Assembly (NCBI GenBank): GCA_040954595.2
Contig: CM082591.2
Location: forward strand, 2,269,745 to 2,333,744
Source of the DNA: Balanoglossus misakiensis
Taxonomy: Eukaryota > Animalia > Hemichordata
DNA length: 64,000 nt
Reading direction: 5' to 3'
How positions within the stretch are numbered: position 1 is the stretch's first letter; each line of letters starts with the position of its first letter. A program made the position numbers and the translations under genes. The notes beneath the pieces are model-generated. The model did no database searches. It worked only from the letters and a program-made list of their open reading frames with translations, and was not told where the DNA came from. Positions 47,393 through 64,000 of the stretch are shown piece by piece.

Positions 47393-49021
47393 AAAGAATT
47401 TCCAAAGGACTTTCTTCTCCATCCGATTCAATGTTCTTCGAGTCATTCAACTCCAGAAACAAACATTTCGCTGGAAATTGGAGAGTACACTAACCAGCAG
47501 ACACTTACTTGCAATTTCCTAAATCCTTTCACTGTCAAGACTTTATTTATCGTTGGCTATATTTTTATGCCCAATGTTTACAATAACATTGTTTACTGAC
47601 GTGAAAATTCACCAGATGTGAATTCATTGTAATAATACCACACTACTCCCACACCTATTTTCAAACTAGGAACTATTTTGATGTGACGTTACATGTTTAC
47701 AAAAAAATAAAACCACTAAATATTTAAAATTCGCTCGCTCCCAGTAAGTTACTGCAACAGTAGTAATACTTCAGCTATATATATGCCCTCATAAGTATGT
47801 ATAGGAAGCCATCTTTGTGCAATTTATCACATAAGAGGGTACATCACGTTACAGGGTGAAATGAGACGTAAAGAGGTAAACACTAGCCAGTTTAGAGACA
47901 TTTCATTTTATTGAGAAGGGCCTCTTCAGCAAGGATGCAGTTGCTATTAATATTCATGAGATTGCATCAACAGTATGCAAATGATGTGTCCCCCTAATTA
48001 CCATGCATGCATGCATAACAATTCAAGAATTTGTACCAATCCTGAGATAAAGAATGAAATGTACTCTTAACATAGTAACTGACATGTTTAGTTTATTTTT
48101 TATACGTCAGTGACTTTGTATTTATATACTGAAAGAACGATGAGGATAAATAAAATTATGCATCTTGCTGTCATTTTTAACCGGTGATATTCATTTGTCG
48201 TGGGCTATTTTTAAATTCTTTCAGGAATTGAAGTTTCCTGATGATGACACACTATAGTAGCAGTTTATCGACACAACACTGCTAAATCTCTCCCCTTGTC
48301 ATCTCATGTTTTTGAGATCAATGTATCAGCAGGTGGAATGAGTTGATGACGATGTGCACTATTCTCTACGAAAGTTAATTAAATATGCAAATTATAATAT
48401 TATGAGTTGCAGCTGTTTCCGCTTTCTTTCACAACTTATAGTCAAATATTTGAGGAAAAATGATTATCTGAATGATATATCTCTTGTGGGCTTCGTCAAT
48501 AGCAACTTTCAACTCTGACCCAGGGAAAGGAGATTGTAATACTCATAGACGGACACTATTACAACGTCATGTATACCACACGTGTATTTAGGGCAAGGAT
48601 ATCTTATTTAAACACGGTCTGGTGACCTTACTACGCCCTCCTTTAGTTAATATTCTCTCCTAAATTAGAAACACCCCCCCCCCCCCTCCTCTGCGGGAAG
48701 GGGGCAGGCAGGCACACGATTGTAAATTGGTGTACACTAAATGTCATCATGGTTAGCAAATAAATTAATACCTTATGTGGGGTCAAACATAGATCGAGAT
48801 TGGTCACGAGTCTGTATATTAAAGTCCAAACGTCTAGCAGAGAGGGCGGAGAAGGAAGCCATGAAGTGAATTCTCACCGTTTTTAATCAAAAGGTCGGAC
48901 TGTATTTGGCTCCTAATACCTTAGACTGGCCGACCAAGAAGGTCCTCGACAGTGTATAGAGCCTTCACCAAAAGTTGTGCCTGGTTTTGGCGACATTTGA
49001 TACACGAGCAAACGTCCCAAC

Positions 49022-52000
49022 ATGGGAGGAAGTACCAACCGTTCATACTCCCAAAGATTTATGGATGTTATGTTGGCTTTGAAGGTAAATTTATTTTATT
49101 TTCAAAAAATTCTTCTGAAATTATTGGCTTTTCTCGTATCGTATCTTCCTCAATCTATAAGGACTGGTTTTCGTCATTTTTACGTGACCAAAAATCATCG
49201 AATACAACATTTATAAAAACAAAGCAATTTACTTTGTCACTGCTTATCTTGGCCTACTGATATGTGGTTCATACACATGTATTTGAAACGTTTCTGGAAC
49301 GTCTCTGGTCAAATACTGACTGATTCTTATATATGTACGGTTTAAGTTTTCCTAGAACGTTTCAGATTTGAGAGGACTTTGCCGACCAGACCGGTTGAAG
49401 TGTCGTCCTTAGCAAACGAGTTGAGAAGTATAAAGAACACTCTCCGATCCATGACGCAAATGTACACACAATTTTGTATGATGACACTAAAATTGATCCC
49501 GTCTTCGTTTTAAGATTTTACTGGCAATAACATCCGTGGCGTCTGGCGAGAGTTATCTGTCATCACGTGTCAAGAATAACGTCATCTTCATGGACGAAGG
49601 AAAGGATGTGGTCAATACAAATCCCTATGGCGACGTCGTCAATCTAAACGTAAGTTCTGACGTTCAAAAACATAGAACATCGTCACAAATGTTGACAAAA
49701 CTAGCATATGTTGTCTCTTTGATACGTATCTGTATCCCCTTTTGATATTGCACAGACGGAGAATGTTGCTCCTAGCATGGAAATCACTGAGAGATATCTG
49801 TCACCACGAGGCATGCAAATCAAGAATGCCGCCCCCTGGTGGGGAAAAGGAAAGGAAATATGTGATGCCAGCCCTTATGATGAAGTCGACAATCCTAATG
49901 TAGGTTCTAGCGTTACGCAAAGATTATATGTCGAGGCAGACCTTCAGGGCTTCAGAACGTTGGTTTTTACCCAAATTCGTTCACAGCAAAGAACGAACCT
50001 GTAACCAACGACCAGGCAAAAATGGAAGTGGTGTGCCAATTTGCCTGCATGCATTCGCGAGATTATATGCTATCTGAAATTAATGATTCCACGTGTTTCT
50101 ATCGCAATATTTTATATGTTAACAGCACCAAGGCGAATGTTTGCCATTTGCCTTCTTAGAAAAAATTGCAAGCGTGTGTACCCATATCGTTCACATTATT
50201 GACCATCACTTTTGGTTAACCAAATGTTAGGTCGGCGTGTGTGCATGCCTTCTCCATTTATTAGGGGACCATTACTGCCAGTGTCTAATTATCGGACCTT
50301 ATATAAAAAGGTTCGTGATCAAAGGAAATTTGTTTTCAGGGTACTATTGACGCCGGAATTGCTGAGAATACCATTTCTATGGACCTAATAGTAGAAAAGG
50401 TGAGATTATAACCCCTGTCAATTAAATAAGAAAGTATGACGCTGAAATATCAGTCTTTGATTTTCTCACATGCCTCAAGAAAGACGGTCGGGAAACTTTT
50501 GGGCCCCTATTGAAAATGACCGATTTCTGCACAAGTATAATAGAACGTCCATTTTTGATACAGTTGCCTTACACCTTATATATTGGAGTTAACATACATA
50601 GCTTTTGGTAATTTTTATCGAGAAAGAAAAACATCGAAAAAAGGGTCAGAAAATAAAGAGGTCCCAGAAACGCCCGCAAAATGTGTAGGGCCTATGCCCA
50701 CAATCCATAGTAAAATGAAACATCGACGCAAATGACCGATTTCTGCACAAGTATATTAATAGAACGTTCATTTTCGATATAGTTGCCGAACATCTTATAT
50801 ATTGGAGTTAACATACATAGCTTTTGGTAACATTTATCGGATCCTGGTGGAGATCACTTTCAACCAATCAGGCACTTCTTTTTCACTTGCCCAATCATCA
50901 TACTTTGAGTTATCTCAAATGTAGCAATTGGTGCTTGTTATTACGTTCGCCTTGTGTTGATTTGCAACTTTTGGAATTTTTTTCCGCCAGTTGGGTTCTT
51001 GCGGCCATGCGGTTGAGTTGTCGACATTGCTTTCTCCAGCAATAAACGTGCTTTTTGCATTGTACGTTTTCCGAGTCAGACTTTTAAAGCAACCTTGTTC
51101 ATCTAAATACCGCAAGTCTCCGCTGAGTGTGAGAAAAATGAAATGATTCATATATTGCTTGCTTTATTTTCAGCTCCAAATTATCCCACAGCCTTACGAA
51201 AAAGATCCCAACTTATTACGCTACAATGACTTTAGTGGTTTGGCATCCTTCAGGACTACAATTGCGTCGTTCCTCACTGAGTATGCAAAATCGCCTCAAC
51301 CACTCAACCCAGATAATGTAAGTATCAGTCACTTTATATTTGTCTTTGGATGACCACTGAGTTGTCAGAAAGTTTATTATTGCTTATCATCTCTAGAAAA
51401 TACTTAAATTTTGTTGTTGCAGCTTGTTATACTCAACGGATGTGGCTCGGTCATCACTGCACTGACGTTAGTACTTTGTGATGAAAATGGTGAGTATATA
51501 TAGTACGGTGGCCCGTATATGAAACTGTTTTGCTGTGTAATCGTGCCCTGTATAATTGCCTGTTCAAAGAGATCATCATCATCACCACCATCATCATCAT
51601 CATCACCATCATCATCGTCATCTTCACCACCACCATCATCATCACTACATGTACAGGAAAAAAAAACATCATGCGAACATGGCAATGATAATGCCATATT
51701 GAATCTAGTATTTTTAATAATCGTTCCATTGCCATAATTTCAGATGCCATGTTGATACCGTCTCCACATTACAATGGTGTCGCGCCTGACGCTAACCTAA
51801 CACCTGGAGTATTCCTCGTTACCGCTGATCTCACAAGTGAGGTAATGTAACCGACTCCACAATGGTTCGCGTAATACAAGTCATTTTGACGTTACCAGCT
51901 ATTTTACAGATCTTCAATATTTGTGTTTACTTTTCAGTTTGTCTTAATTATTGTGGCTTTCATCTATGGAAACCAGTCATCTTTAAATCCAATGAAACTA

Positions 52001-53997
52001 TTTGAGCATTTGAAATAAGAACAATTGAGTGCTGAAGTATGTCAATGTCATTCCATTTTACAGCGATCCCTAGAAACTGGTCGACGATTCCAGCTGACCG
52101 TGGAGAAATTAGAAGTGGCTTACCTAAAGGCAGTAGAAAAGGTATATGAAACAAAACAAATTGTTATACTCAGACACCGGTATATGAATATCTCAACAGT
52201 TATCGATCTTAAATCTCACATATCTGAGTCCATTGAGACAAACATCAACCTGACTTTCATTTACAGGGCATTAACATCAAAGTTTTGTTTCTGATAAATC
52301 CAAACAATCCGATTGGTGATGTTTTCCCAAAACAACTTTTGCTGGATTGTTTAGCCTTCGCCAAGAGGTGAGTGTCATAATCATCATTCTGATCCATGTA
52401 TATCTGTATGTATGAATTTATGCATGTATGTATGTACCGGTATGTATGCATATCATTTCCTTCCTCTGTGTCACTTTTTTAATGCCTGTGTGTGTACCTC
52501 TGTCTGCAGATATAGAATCCACGTCATTATCGACGAAATCTTCATGTTTTCCACTTTCGGCGAAGGCACCGAGTTTGTCAGTGGCCTCAGCCTTGAAAAT
52601 CTGCCGGATCCGGACCGGACTCACATCATTTGGGGATTTTCAAAGGCAAGCACTATAGCACGCACTGTCAGTTCGAGCGATTTCTAAACATATACCCACA
52701 TGAAGTAATCTTCTTCGCGTGACAGGTTTTTTTGTAGCTAGTGTCAAAATGCAAATCTCTAATTTTGTAAACAAAAACTACAAGAAATTACTTTTTTACA
52801 AGGCCTGTATGATCACTTTGAGTTCTAAATATTCAAAACCTTTTAAAATATCGTTTTTATTTTATCAGGATTTCGCAATGTCTGGTCTGCGTGTCTGTGC
52901 TGCGTACACCAGGAGTGAAGATGTACTCTCCGGGCTTCAAGGTCTTGCTTATAGGTTTTCCGTACCAACTGGTATGCAAGCCGTCCTCGACAGTATGCTC
53001 TCTGATAAAGGTGAACTCGCATACTGACAGTAAAGTATCACTATCTTCTTTTTGTAATATTCGATATTAGCTACTTCATGACAAACCCTTGCTTACTTAG
53101 AGTTACATACATGAAATTAATAGTTTGGGTTATAATAAATAATATCAGATCCAGAACTATGAAATGAGGTTGAATGTGAAACTATGAAAACACATGCAAA
53201 AAGTTCTGTACACGTCACGAGAAACTGAAGCCATCATGGCAACTAATATCACCTTAGAAAATTAACTTTCCTGTTATACTGTTTAGAGTGGGTTGCAGGT
53301 TACTTGTCTAAGAATAAACGGAGATTGAAGGAAGCTGAAGAACATATGTCCAGAATGTTGACCCGGTTAAGGGTGCCACATTTGAGGAGGCCAGCGGGTC
53401 TGTACATCTGGGCAGATTTTCGAAAGGTAAAGTTCCGTGAGCGATGTACTATCGCCTAGTTATGTCCATTTGGTTTCAATCCACTAAATTTTGCATCAAT
53501 AGACCCTTTTCCGAATTACTCCATTTTATCTCATTTGCATACCACTTGTAGAAAATATCCGGCTAGTTTTTTTTTGGCCACAGTGACGTAAACGGCAGTA
53601 CATTTGCAATAGATATGGATATTCTCACAACTTACAACAAGCTGTGTATTATTTACACAGTACCTTAATCCAGTCACTTTTGAAACAGAGTACGACTTGT
53701 ACTCTGAGTTCCTGGAGGCCGGTGTTTATATCAGGCCAGGACAAACTTACTCCTGCATTGAACCCGGATGGTTTCGGATTGTGTTTTCTATCCCACGTGA
53801 CCTGCGGAACCTTGGTAAGCTCATTCGATTATATTAGTAGTATAGTGACATCCTGTCCCTTGACTCTCTCTCACACTATCACGTGTCACAGAAAGTTTTT
53901 TTTCCGTGTTACCTCTAAATAATTTCTCTTTTCAGTCGCTGAGAGGATAGCTTCAGTCATTCATCGTAGAAGGAAGACTCCAGAAATTGTCGACTAA
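49022..53997 (+). CDS. ACCS: 1-aminocyclopropane-1-carboxylate synthase-like PLP enzyme (aminotransferase class I/II)
   Basis: Exons 49022-49084, (49515-49649 or 49756-49899), 50340-50399, 51174-51317, 51423-51489, 51744-51841, 52064-52141, 52267-52367, 52510-52645, 52869-53010, 53287-53426, 53661-53814 and 53936-53997, all in frame. Motifs NPNG.I..GIAEN, LINPNNPIG, IIDEIF, WGFSKDFAMSGLRV (PLP lysine) and EPGWFRIVF. Confidence 0.9.
50514..50839. repeat. ~105-bp direct repeat pair (50514-50620 and 50730-50839) in an ACCS intron
   Basis: aaatgaccgatttctgcacaagtat...cttatatattggagttaacatacatagcttttggtaa occurs twice. Confidence 0.85.
51572..51645. repeat. (CAT/CAC)n trinucleotide microsatellite, intronic
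   Basis: Seen directly. Confidence 0.9.
52646..52868 (+). other. GC-AG intron immediately after the PLP-binding lysine codon of ACCS
   Basis: AAG|GCAAGC donor is required to join WGFSK to DFAMSGLRV in frame. Confidence 0.85.
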
Positions 53998-54430
53998 AAC
54001 TTTGGAGGATGGCCAATATATTGATAATTTTTTTACTGTTGTAATAAAACTAAGAATACCGTTATGTCATGTATGTGGAAAGGCTGCTTGAAACCTTTGA
54101 ATATAATTTGTGTTATTGGTGACTCATTTTATTGACGAAAAGAGAGATACTTGCACAAAGACAGGGGAAGGGGAGAATTGAAGTGATTTTTATGCAAATA
54201 TTATGTATGTATTTAGGCCAACAGATATAAATGCACAAGGAATATTCGCATTTTCTAATTAATAGTGTAATTTTAGCTAAGCAGATTTGAGTTTTTGTAT
54301 AATGAAAATTTCAAAATAAATGTGAATGGTCTGTGCGGGCGAGAAGTATGAGAGGCGACCTTTCACGTCACGGGTCACTGATCAAGCAGATTGTAGCGCG
54401 TGGCCTTCTGACAAGCAGCCATTTGTAAAC

Positions 54431-57445
<3,015 letters not shown>

Positions 57446-58197
57446 CATCTGCCAGACACGTGAATATTTCCCACTATATTTTCATATTTAGTGTATATAT
57501 ATGGCTATATTATGCCATTGGGATAAAATAACAGAAGCCTGTAATTTCGAGTTTCTTACAACAAAACTTTATTTTACTCAAAACTTGTGTACGCAATGTC
57601 TTACAAAGTGTCAATGGACAAATGAGAGGTAAACGTTACTGTAAGTGGATTTAATCCACTCTTAAATGTGATGATCTTGGTTTATACAGGCCCATGATTT
57701 GGTAATTTTAGTGACATACACAATTTCACATGTGGAACTTAATTAACACAATGATTTAAAACATTCCATATCTGCATACATACACAGCGTGAAATTTTCT
57801 ATTTCTACGCAAAAAAAAAGAAATACCCACTGGTAGACTCAAACAGCCCTACATAATAAAGCTAAATGCACAGGTGATGAAATTTCTCTATATGTGGACT
57901 TCTGATATTATTGAACACATCATTTTTGCAAGCGTTCTCTGATTTTATATCGTAAATGATACAATATAAACTATGAACTGCAGTTTTTGTAAACATAAAC
58001 ACTAGTATTGCAGGGCATTGATTGAGTTGGTAGACTAGACTAATATAAATACCCGAGCTTGAAGACATAATAGAAATACAAATCACAAAAAATTCTTTCA
58101 TGGGAAGTATGTTTTGTAGAAGATCTAATAAAATGTTGAAGAAGACAGCAGAGCAAATATCAATAGGCTTTATCAAAAAATATGCAACAGTTCCATT

Positions 58198-61100
58198 TTA
58201 ACTTTCTGTTTTGGGCTTTCTCTTCTTCAGACGCTGTCTCCAATCTCCTTGAATCTGAGTGAAATTCGGATTCTGGGATGATACACCACTAAAAAGGGGA
58301 AATAAATAAAGTGTTACAGGTTAATATTTTCTCAATCCAAACAGTAAAAGAAATGTCAAAATTGTAAGCAATTTTCATGATGCTTTAAGCAATGTATCTA
58401 GCCGCACTGACAATGTTGGTAATCACCAGTTAGTGTCTTATTCCATTGTGTCTAATTCTTCCATCAATATTGGTTCCTACCGTATCAACTGTTCCTTTTT
58501 CCATTCGGCAATCTGTCTCTGAGCAATCACACCTTTATCTTCCTCTTCAGACGAGCTGGCTTCGTCTTTTTCCACCTCTTCCTTGATCTGTTGCCATTTC
58601 TTCACTAACTTCGGCATCTTCTTGCTCGTCAAACCTTTCTTGACCTGCAATCGATGGATTCACAAAAATCACTGCCTTGTTAAATACAGTGGTATTTTTT
58701 TCTGCTCACTGGGACCCCTTATACATACACCCTTATCTCTGGAGAACTATCTGTTATACAATGTGTGGTCAACTGTCCTACTGAACAAGCCTGTGTTGGT
58801 GAACCATCCACTAATGTATATGGTCCATTGAAAGAGTAGGGGTGGTTATTCAGAAGTCAAACTTACCTTCTTTGTTTTTTTCGGTTTGGAAGTGGTTTGT
58901 GCTGCTGCTGGCTGGGCGGCCTCACTGGCAGCTGCGTTACTCTGTAATGTAGTGAACCGTATTCCGGGGTCAATACCCGTGAATGCTGGCTGTGGTTGAC
59001 TAGAGATGCTGGGCGCTGTGGTGTCTGACGACGGAGGTACAGGGGGTGCCACAACTGTCCTGACTGGCGGCGCTGATATCACTGACGCTGATGAATGAGG
59101 CGGTGAGATACCGGGGGGTGGAGGTGGTGGTGAGTTAGGAGGAAGGGGTGGGGTGCCGATGTCTACATTGACGTCGCAAATGTCCATTTCCACGTCGACT
59201 ATCTCGCCGTCCTCTGGAGATTCGGGAGGTGGGGGTGGCGGCGGTGTGTCGGGTGGCGGTGGGGGTGGAGGGGGAGGTGCTAGATCCCCGTTGGGTGGTA
59301 GGGGAGGCACTTCAGTACCCGGGATCGGTGGTAGAGAATATTCCTCATCAGGCTCCGGCTTGGAGGTGCTTGTGACATAGCCTGTGAAAAGATACACATA
59401 GGTTTTTGTAATGCCTATGATCATCTTTGACAATACTCCATTCAAAGCAAGGATATCGTGATGATATCAAAGGCAATGACAATAGGAACTATACCTTGTG
59501 TTGGCATAACCGTATTCGAAACCATGGCAGTCTGCAGTCCTATTCCAGAGACCATCTTGCTTGTGTCTTCAAACTGTCTGGAGTCCTTTCCACTGTCTCC
59601 CACTTTTTCCTTGTGTTTTTCCAGCACCTCTGTCGGAAAATCCCACTGTGCCTCTCCTGTGCCGTTGTTGGTGTAGTAATACTGCTTGTGCGTCCTACAG
59701 TTTGCGCCATGTGGGGAATAAAAAAGAGAACACAAAACAAATTAACAACCATTACGCTAATTATCTTTGTTAGTCGTGTGGTAGACAGACAGACGCAAGT
59801 CTTGTCAACAGGACGACTAACGCGAGTGCTCGTACAACTGTCCGACGCCATCCAACATCTCGTACTCTAGTTTGGTTTCTGAAACAAGACGTGAATCGAA
59901 AATCAACCCCGTCCCAGGCACAGATACTACTATTACGTTAGTGCTGCATTTTAAATATGAAGCACTCACAAAACTGTGCCTAGGAACTGTACTGCCAAAA
60001 AATGGCCACCTTAAATATGTAAATGATAATGATAAGACAGCTTAGAGACACAGACAGTATAATGTACATTGTGTACAATAGGCTATAATACTATATCACT
60101 CATGACTAAACGGAAAAGTTCGGCATCAAATGTCATATGTACGTCATATGTAAATTACCATAATGTATATTTCACAAGTTTAAATCATAATTACAGATAT
60201 CTAATCCCTTCTGATATGTCTATTTTATAATTATCACACCGTATTTGTAAAAGAAATTGCACATTGCCATCACATGATACAATTGAGTGTTCTACACTGT
60301 CTTAACATAGCTGTAACTCCAGCCGTCCGGAACCTTCTGTAAAGGAGAGAGAATGTCAATCATTGTATCAAAGTTTGTAAACGCCACTGCATCATGCAAC
60401 CATCAATATAATTATAACAAAGAAAATATATATATAAAGAACCACACAGAAAATAGTTTTCACTAACCGCACCATAGCCCTTGTGTCTCTTCACCACATT
60501 CCATAGTCTCATCGCAACCAATCCCATCAATCTTCTTCTGCAGAGCATGTTGGGAAGATTCCACATTTGCACAGCAGCGTGGTACATTTCTTCTGTTTTT
60601 TCACTTTATTATTTTGAACGAAGCGTTTTTTTTGCAGTGTTCTCTCAATGTCACATCTGTCCATTTTTTTGTTTGCTTTGATTTTGTTTCTTAATTTTTC
60701 ACATACTGATGCAAATTGATATTTTGGTCCGAAAGTGAATTTTAATCAGTATACTTCGCAAACAGAGTTTTGTGACTATCTGAAGTCATTTTTGACTGCA
60801 TCACAGCCAAGATGGCTGATCAAGCCACACTCATTGACTGGATGTAAACACAAGTCATTGTTACATTTCGAACACAATCCATCAATGTGTCATTAGGTGA
60901 AACGTACGGTCATAAAACAACATAGAAAATAAAATGATGATAATGACCGTACCTGTCCCAATGACAAGACCAGCCACGTGGCATGGAACGCATTTCGTGT
61001 TGCTGCAGTTCCCAATCAGCGTCTTGCAATTTACGGATCAGGTACTTGCTGTCCAAGGCCCCTTCCTTCCAATCCAGAATCCGAGTCTGCAAACACATGG

Positions 61101-63837
61101 AAGTATATTTCAAACTCTGTTCAAATTATCAAATATTCCGTTACTTCCTGTTCCAAATACATCTTTGTCTCAGACAACTCACCTCTGTTTCCAGCAGCAT
61201 GATTTGAAACTTGGTCAGTGACGTCTTCTTGATGTCTAAGAACTCCAGCTTGTTGGTGATCAGCAAGGATAACTCCACGATTTCATTCTGTAGAGACACG
61301 GAAAAAGAAACAGTAAGTATGTGGTAGGCAATACTCAATAACTCACGATACAAAGATATTCTGACTGGCATGGCTTATTTCTATGTGTGTGTGTGTGTTT
61401 ATGTCAGAAGCCAACAACATCAAAGTGACAATACTAACCTTCATGTCTTCTTCCTCTTTAGCTTTCAGCTTCTCTTTGATTTTTTCATCTTCTTCTGCCA
61501 TCTTGTCGAGTTCATCATCGCACTGCGTCTGGGCATCCACTGTGCCACTGATTTTCTGCCGTTTGAATGGAATGATCGAAACTTCTTTCATTTCTGTAAA
61601 AAAAAAACATTTGTCAGATACCCATTATATTTCTTTCCCACAACACTACTGTATGTTGATGAAGTATTGAGCAAAACTCTTTGTATAGTCAAGCAGACGT
61701 CGTTTATCAAGAATGCCTATGACACTTACCAGCATCTTCAGTTTCACTCTCAGATCCTGCAGGAGTTGTCGCTGTCGAAGACGGTACAGATACGAGCTTC
61801 CTCTTCCCAACATCACTGCCTGATACCACCTACAATGTATAATATAGGTTGTCTGTGTCATTTATAGGTTACGATTTTCAGAACTACAACATGGAGAACT
61901 GTACAAATGCAAAATCCTAAAAGAAGAACCACGATGCATGTTATCAACTTACTGTCTGTCTCTCCAGTGCAAGGTCAAGTTGTTGATCAATGTCAAATTC
62001 CTCGTCTTCCATAGGTACTTCCATTTCTCCCCCGAGCGACCCTGAGCTTGTAACTCTCTGTATAGCCCCTGCACCAGGTCTACTATCACTACTTTCGGTA
62101 CTGGTCACATTTCCTGGTGCTTCCGTATCCAACGGCTTTTCCGCCACATCCCGACTGGGCTCGGACGATCCCGGCAATTTGTCCCCCTTCACGAATTTCT
62201 GCATCTGCATTTTAAACTTCGCTCGGCGTTTCTGGAGCTGGGTTAGCTGGCTCTCTGCAAGGCCAGAATCCTTGCTTGTTTGACTGTCCCGACTGCTGTC
62301 GTCTTGGCTTTGAGGAAAGGGCTTACTCGGGCCAAACACGGGCAGTGTGTCCGGTTCATCAGTCAGTTTTGTTTTCCCGAACACGGGGAGTTCAATACCG
62401 TCATCCTCGGATGGTAGCCCTCTTTCAATTGGCTCGTCCTTCACTTGTGGAAACATTGGTATCATTTGTGGGCCAATCACTGCTTTGCTGTCATCTTCCG
62501 TACTGGTTACTGCTAAGGCCTGCCCGCTGTTGCTATCACAACTAGAATCATAAACCAGAAAGAAATCAACTTTAAAATCATCAAATGAATTATTATTTTT
62601 AGTGTGAATGAGTTTTTTCGCTTGTAGGAATGACACGGTTATAACAACAGACATACCTTGATTCACTATTATACTCTGCAGACAGAATAGGTCCTGACAC
62701 AGGTAACTGTGGTCCGTACATCTGATCATCATTGCTTTCTTCTTTCACTGGCTCTGCTACTGTTGGTGCAGACTGTTTCACTGACTGAGGTACTTCCCAG
62801 GACACTTCATTGGTGACAGTATTCCAGTAATACGTGCAGTTAGTGTTGCTATCATACACTTCTTGCCATTCACTGCTTCCTGAGAACAGAAATTCAAAAC
62901 TTTATTTTGAAGTAAGATCTACGAACCACCAGAAATGTGTACTGAAGGTTACTTGTGGTCAAGAAAACCATGATTACTGAGAGCTACAGTACATCCAAAT
63001 GTACTACCTGAAACAACATCAGTGGAATCTTGAGTTGTGGAATCTGCTGTACTTTCCGGGACCATCTTCTGTTCACTATCATCAGCTGCTTTGTCTTCAT
63101 CCTGTGGTGCTAGTGCATCAATCTCCTGCAGACGAAATCAAATTCGGATATATCATAAGTGGGAAAAAACTCACGGAGTATCCTATAGAAAAGTTCAAAA
63201 CCTTACAAATACAGTAAACTGTCCTTACAGCTAAAAAATCAGCAACTTTGGAGTCCAAGTCGCCACTTTTTCTTCTATCAGGCAGGGCAGATGATGTTGA
63301 TATGCCGGCTTCTCTATCTGCATCACTGTTATCATCCTCTTCATCACTATCTGCATATGCGCCTAGAAGTCCTATACCTGAAATGAAACACAAGTCTGGA
63401 ATCAATCCCTTTCTCCATATTTGTACACTGCACCAAAGTGTCAAATCTGATGAGGCAAATGTATAAAACACTGGCTTAGCTAAGAAACCATCTGAAAGAG
63501 AAACTTGATTGTAACATACCAGTTGTTGGTTTTCTTCCGGGTTGCTTCACAGCCCAGGGCTGGCCATGTTCAACTCTACTGGAACTGTGTGGGGAGTTGT
63601 CACCTAGTGATGATGAAAAAGTAGACAACACATTCATCATTATGGCATTCTGTATTTAAAAGATCGAAATTGATGGAAAAGCAATCACAGACGCAGAAAT
63701 ATTCAGCTCAGATATCTGTATAAATATTAAATCTTACCAGCAGCATCCTTTTCTTTGCTAAGACTTGTACTTCCAATCTGAAGCACGGTTCGCCTCTTTC
63801 CAGCCAAAGCAAGACCTTTGTCTCGACGTCTTCCCAT
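58198..63837 (-). CDS. FNBP4: Formin-binding protein 4 (two WW domains, proline-rich), ~14 exons
   Basis: MGRRRDKG...RRTVLQI start; GLLGAYADSDEE; WW1 WQEVYDSNTNCTYYWNTVTNEVSWEVP; ETRILDWKEGAL; WW2 PRGWSCHWDR|THKQYYYTNNGTGEAQWDFP; poly-Pro; MPKLVKKWQQI; C-terminus NPNFTQIQGDWRQRLKKRK. Confidence 0.95.
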
Positions 63838-64000
63838 CGTTGTTTGTTGATGTTCCGCGGACGCGGAGGAGAATTTTGCTGGTACGTGCGTACCGTGATC
63901 GAAATGCAATTACACTAACGAAATTCTATGAGATTCATTCTTCTATAATATAAAATGTCCTCGAATAGGCAGGAAGTGTTAGTTTCAAAAATCAGAAGAC

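Noticed and set aside
51404-51750. Poly-Asp, poly-Met and poly-Ser ORFs
   Set aside because: Intronic (CAT)n microsatellite.

Overview
AT-rich, intron-containing animal genomic DNA; protein and repeat character suggest an invertebrate deuterostome such as a hemichordate (inference). Eight protein-coding genes were reconstructed by hand: SPC24 (+, two U12-type introns, one AT-AC), an intronless Shaker/Kv1 channel (-) head-to-head with SNRNP70/U1-70K (+), an intronless double-BTB BACK-Kelch gene (-), GOLT1 (+), an ACC-synthase-like PLP enzyme (+), PTGR1 (+) and FNBP4 (-). A degenerate Ulp1-like protease fragment lies at the left edge, and there are several MITE families and tandem repeats. Three observations stand out. 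(1) SNRNP70 carries many U1-binding 5' splice-site mimics in its regulatory intron (poison-exon module and a tandem repeat) and a cluster in its 3' UTR, suggesting layered U1 autoregulation. (2) A candidate ~24 kb minus-strand transcription unit, not called by the ORF track, could encode a 64-aa peptide followed by a ~6.3 kb 3' region built from motif arrays and a Pumilio-element cluster. (3) Tandem-duplicated alternative exons in the ACCS-like gene may switch a signal peptide on or off. All exon models come from manual reading, with no transcript data or database searches.
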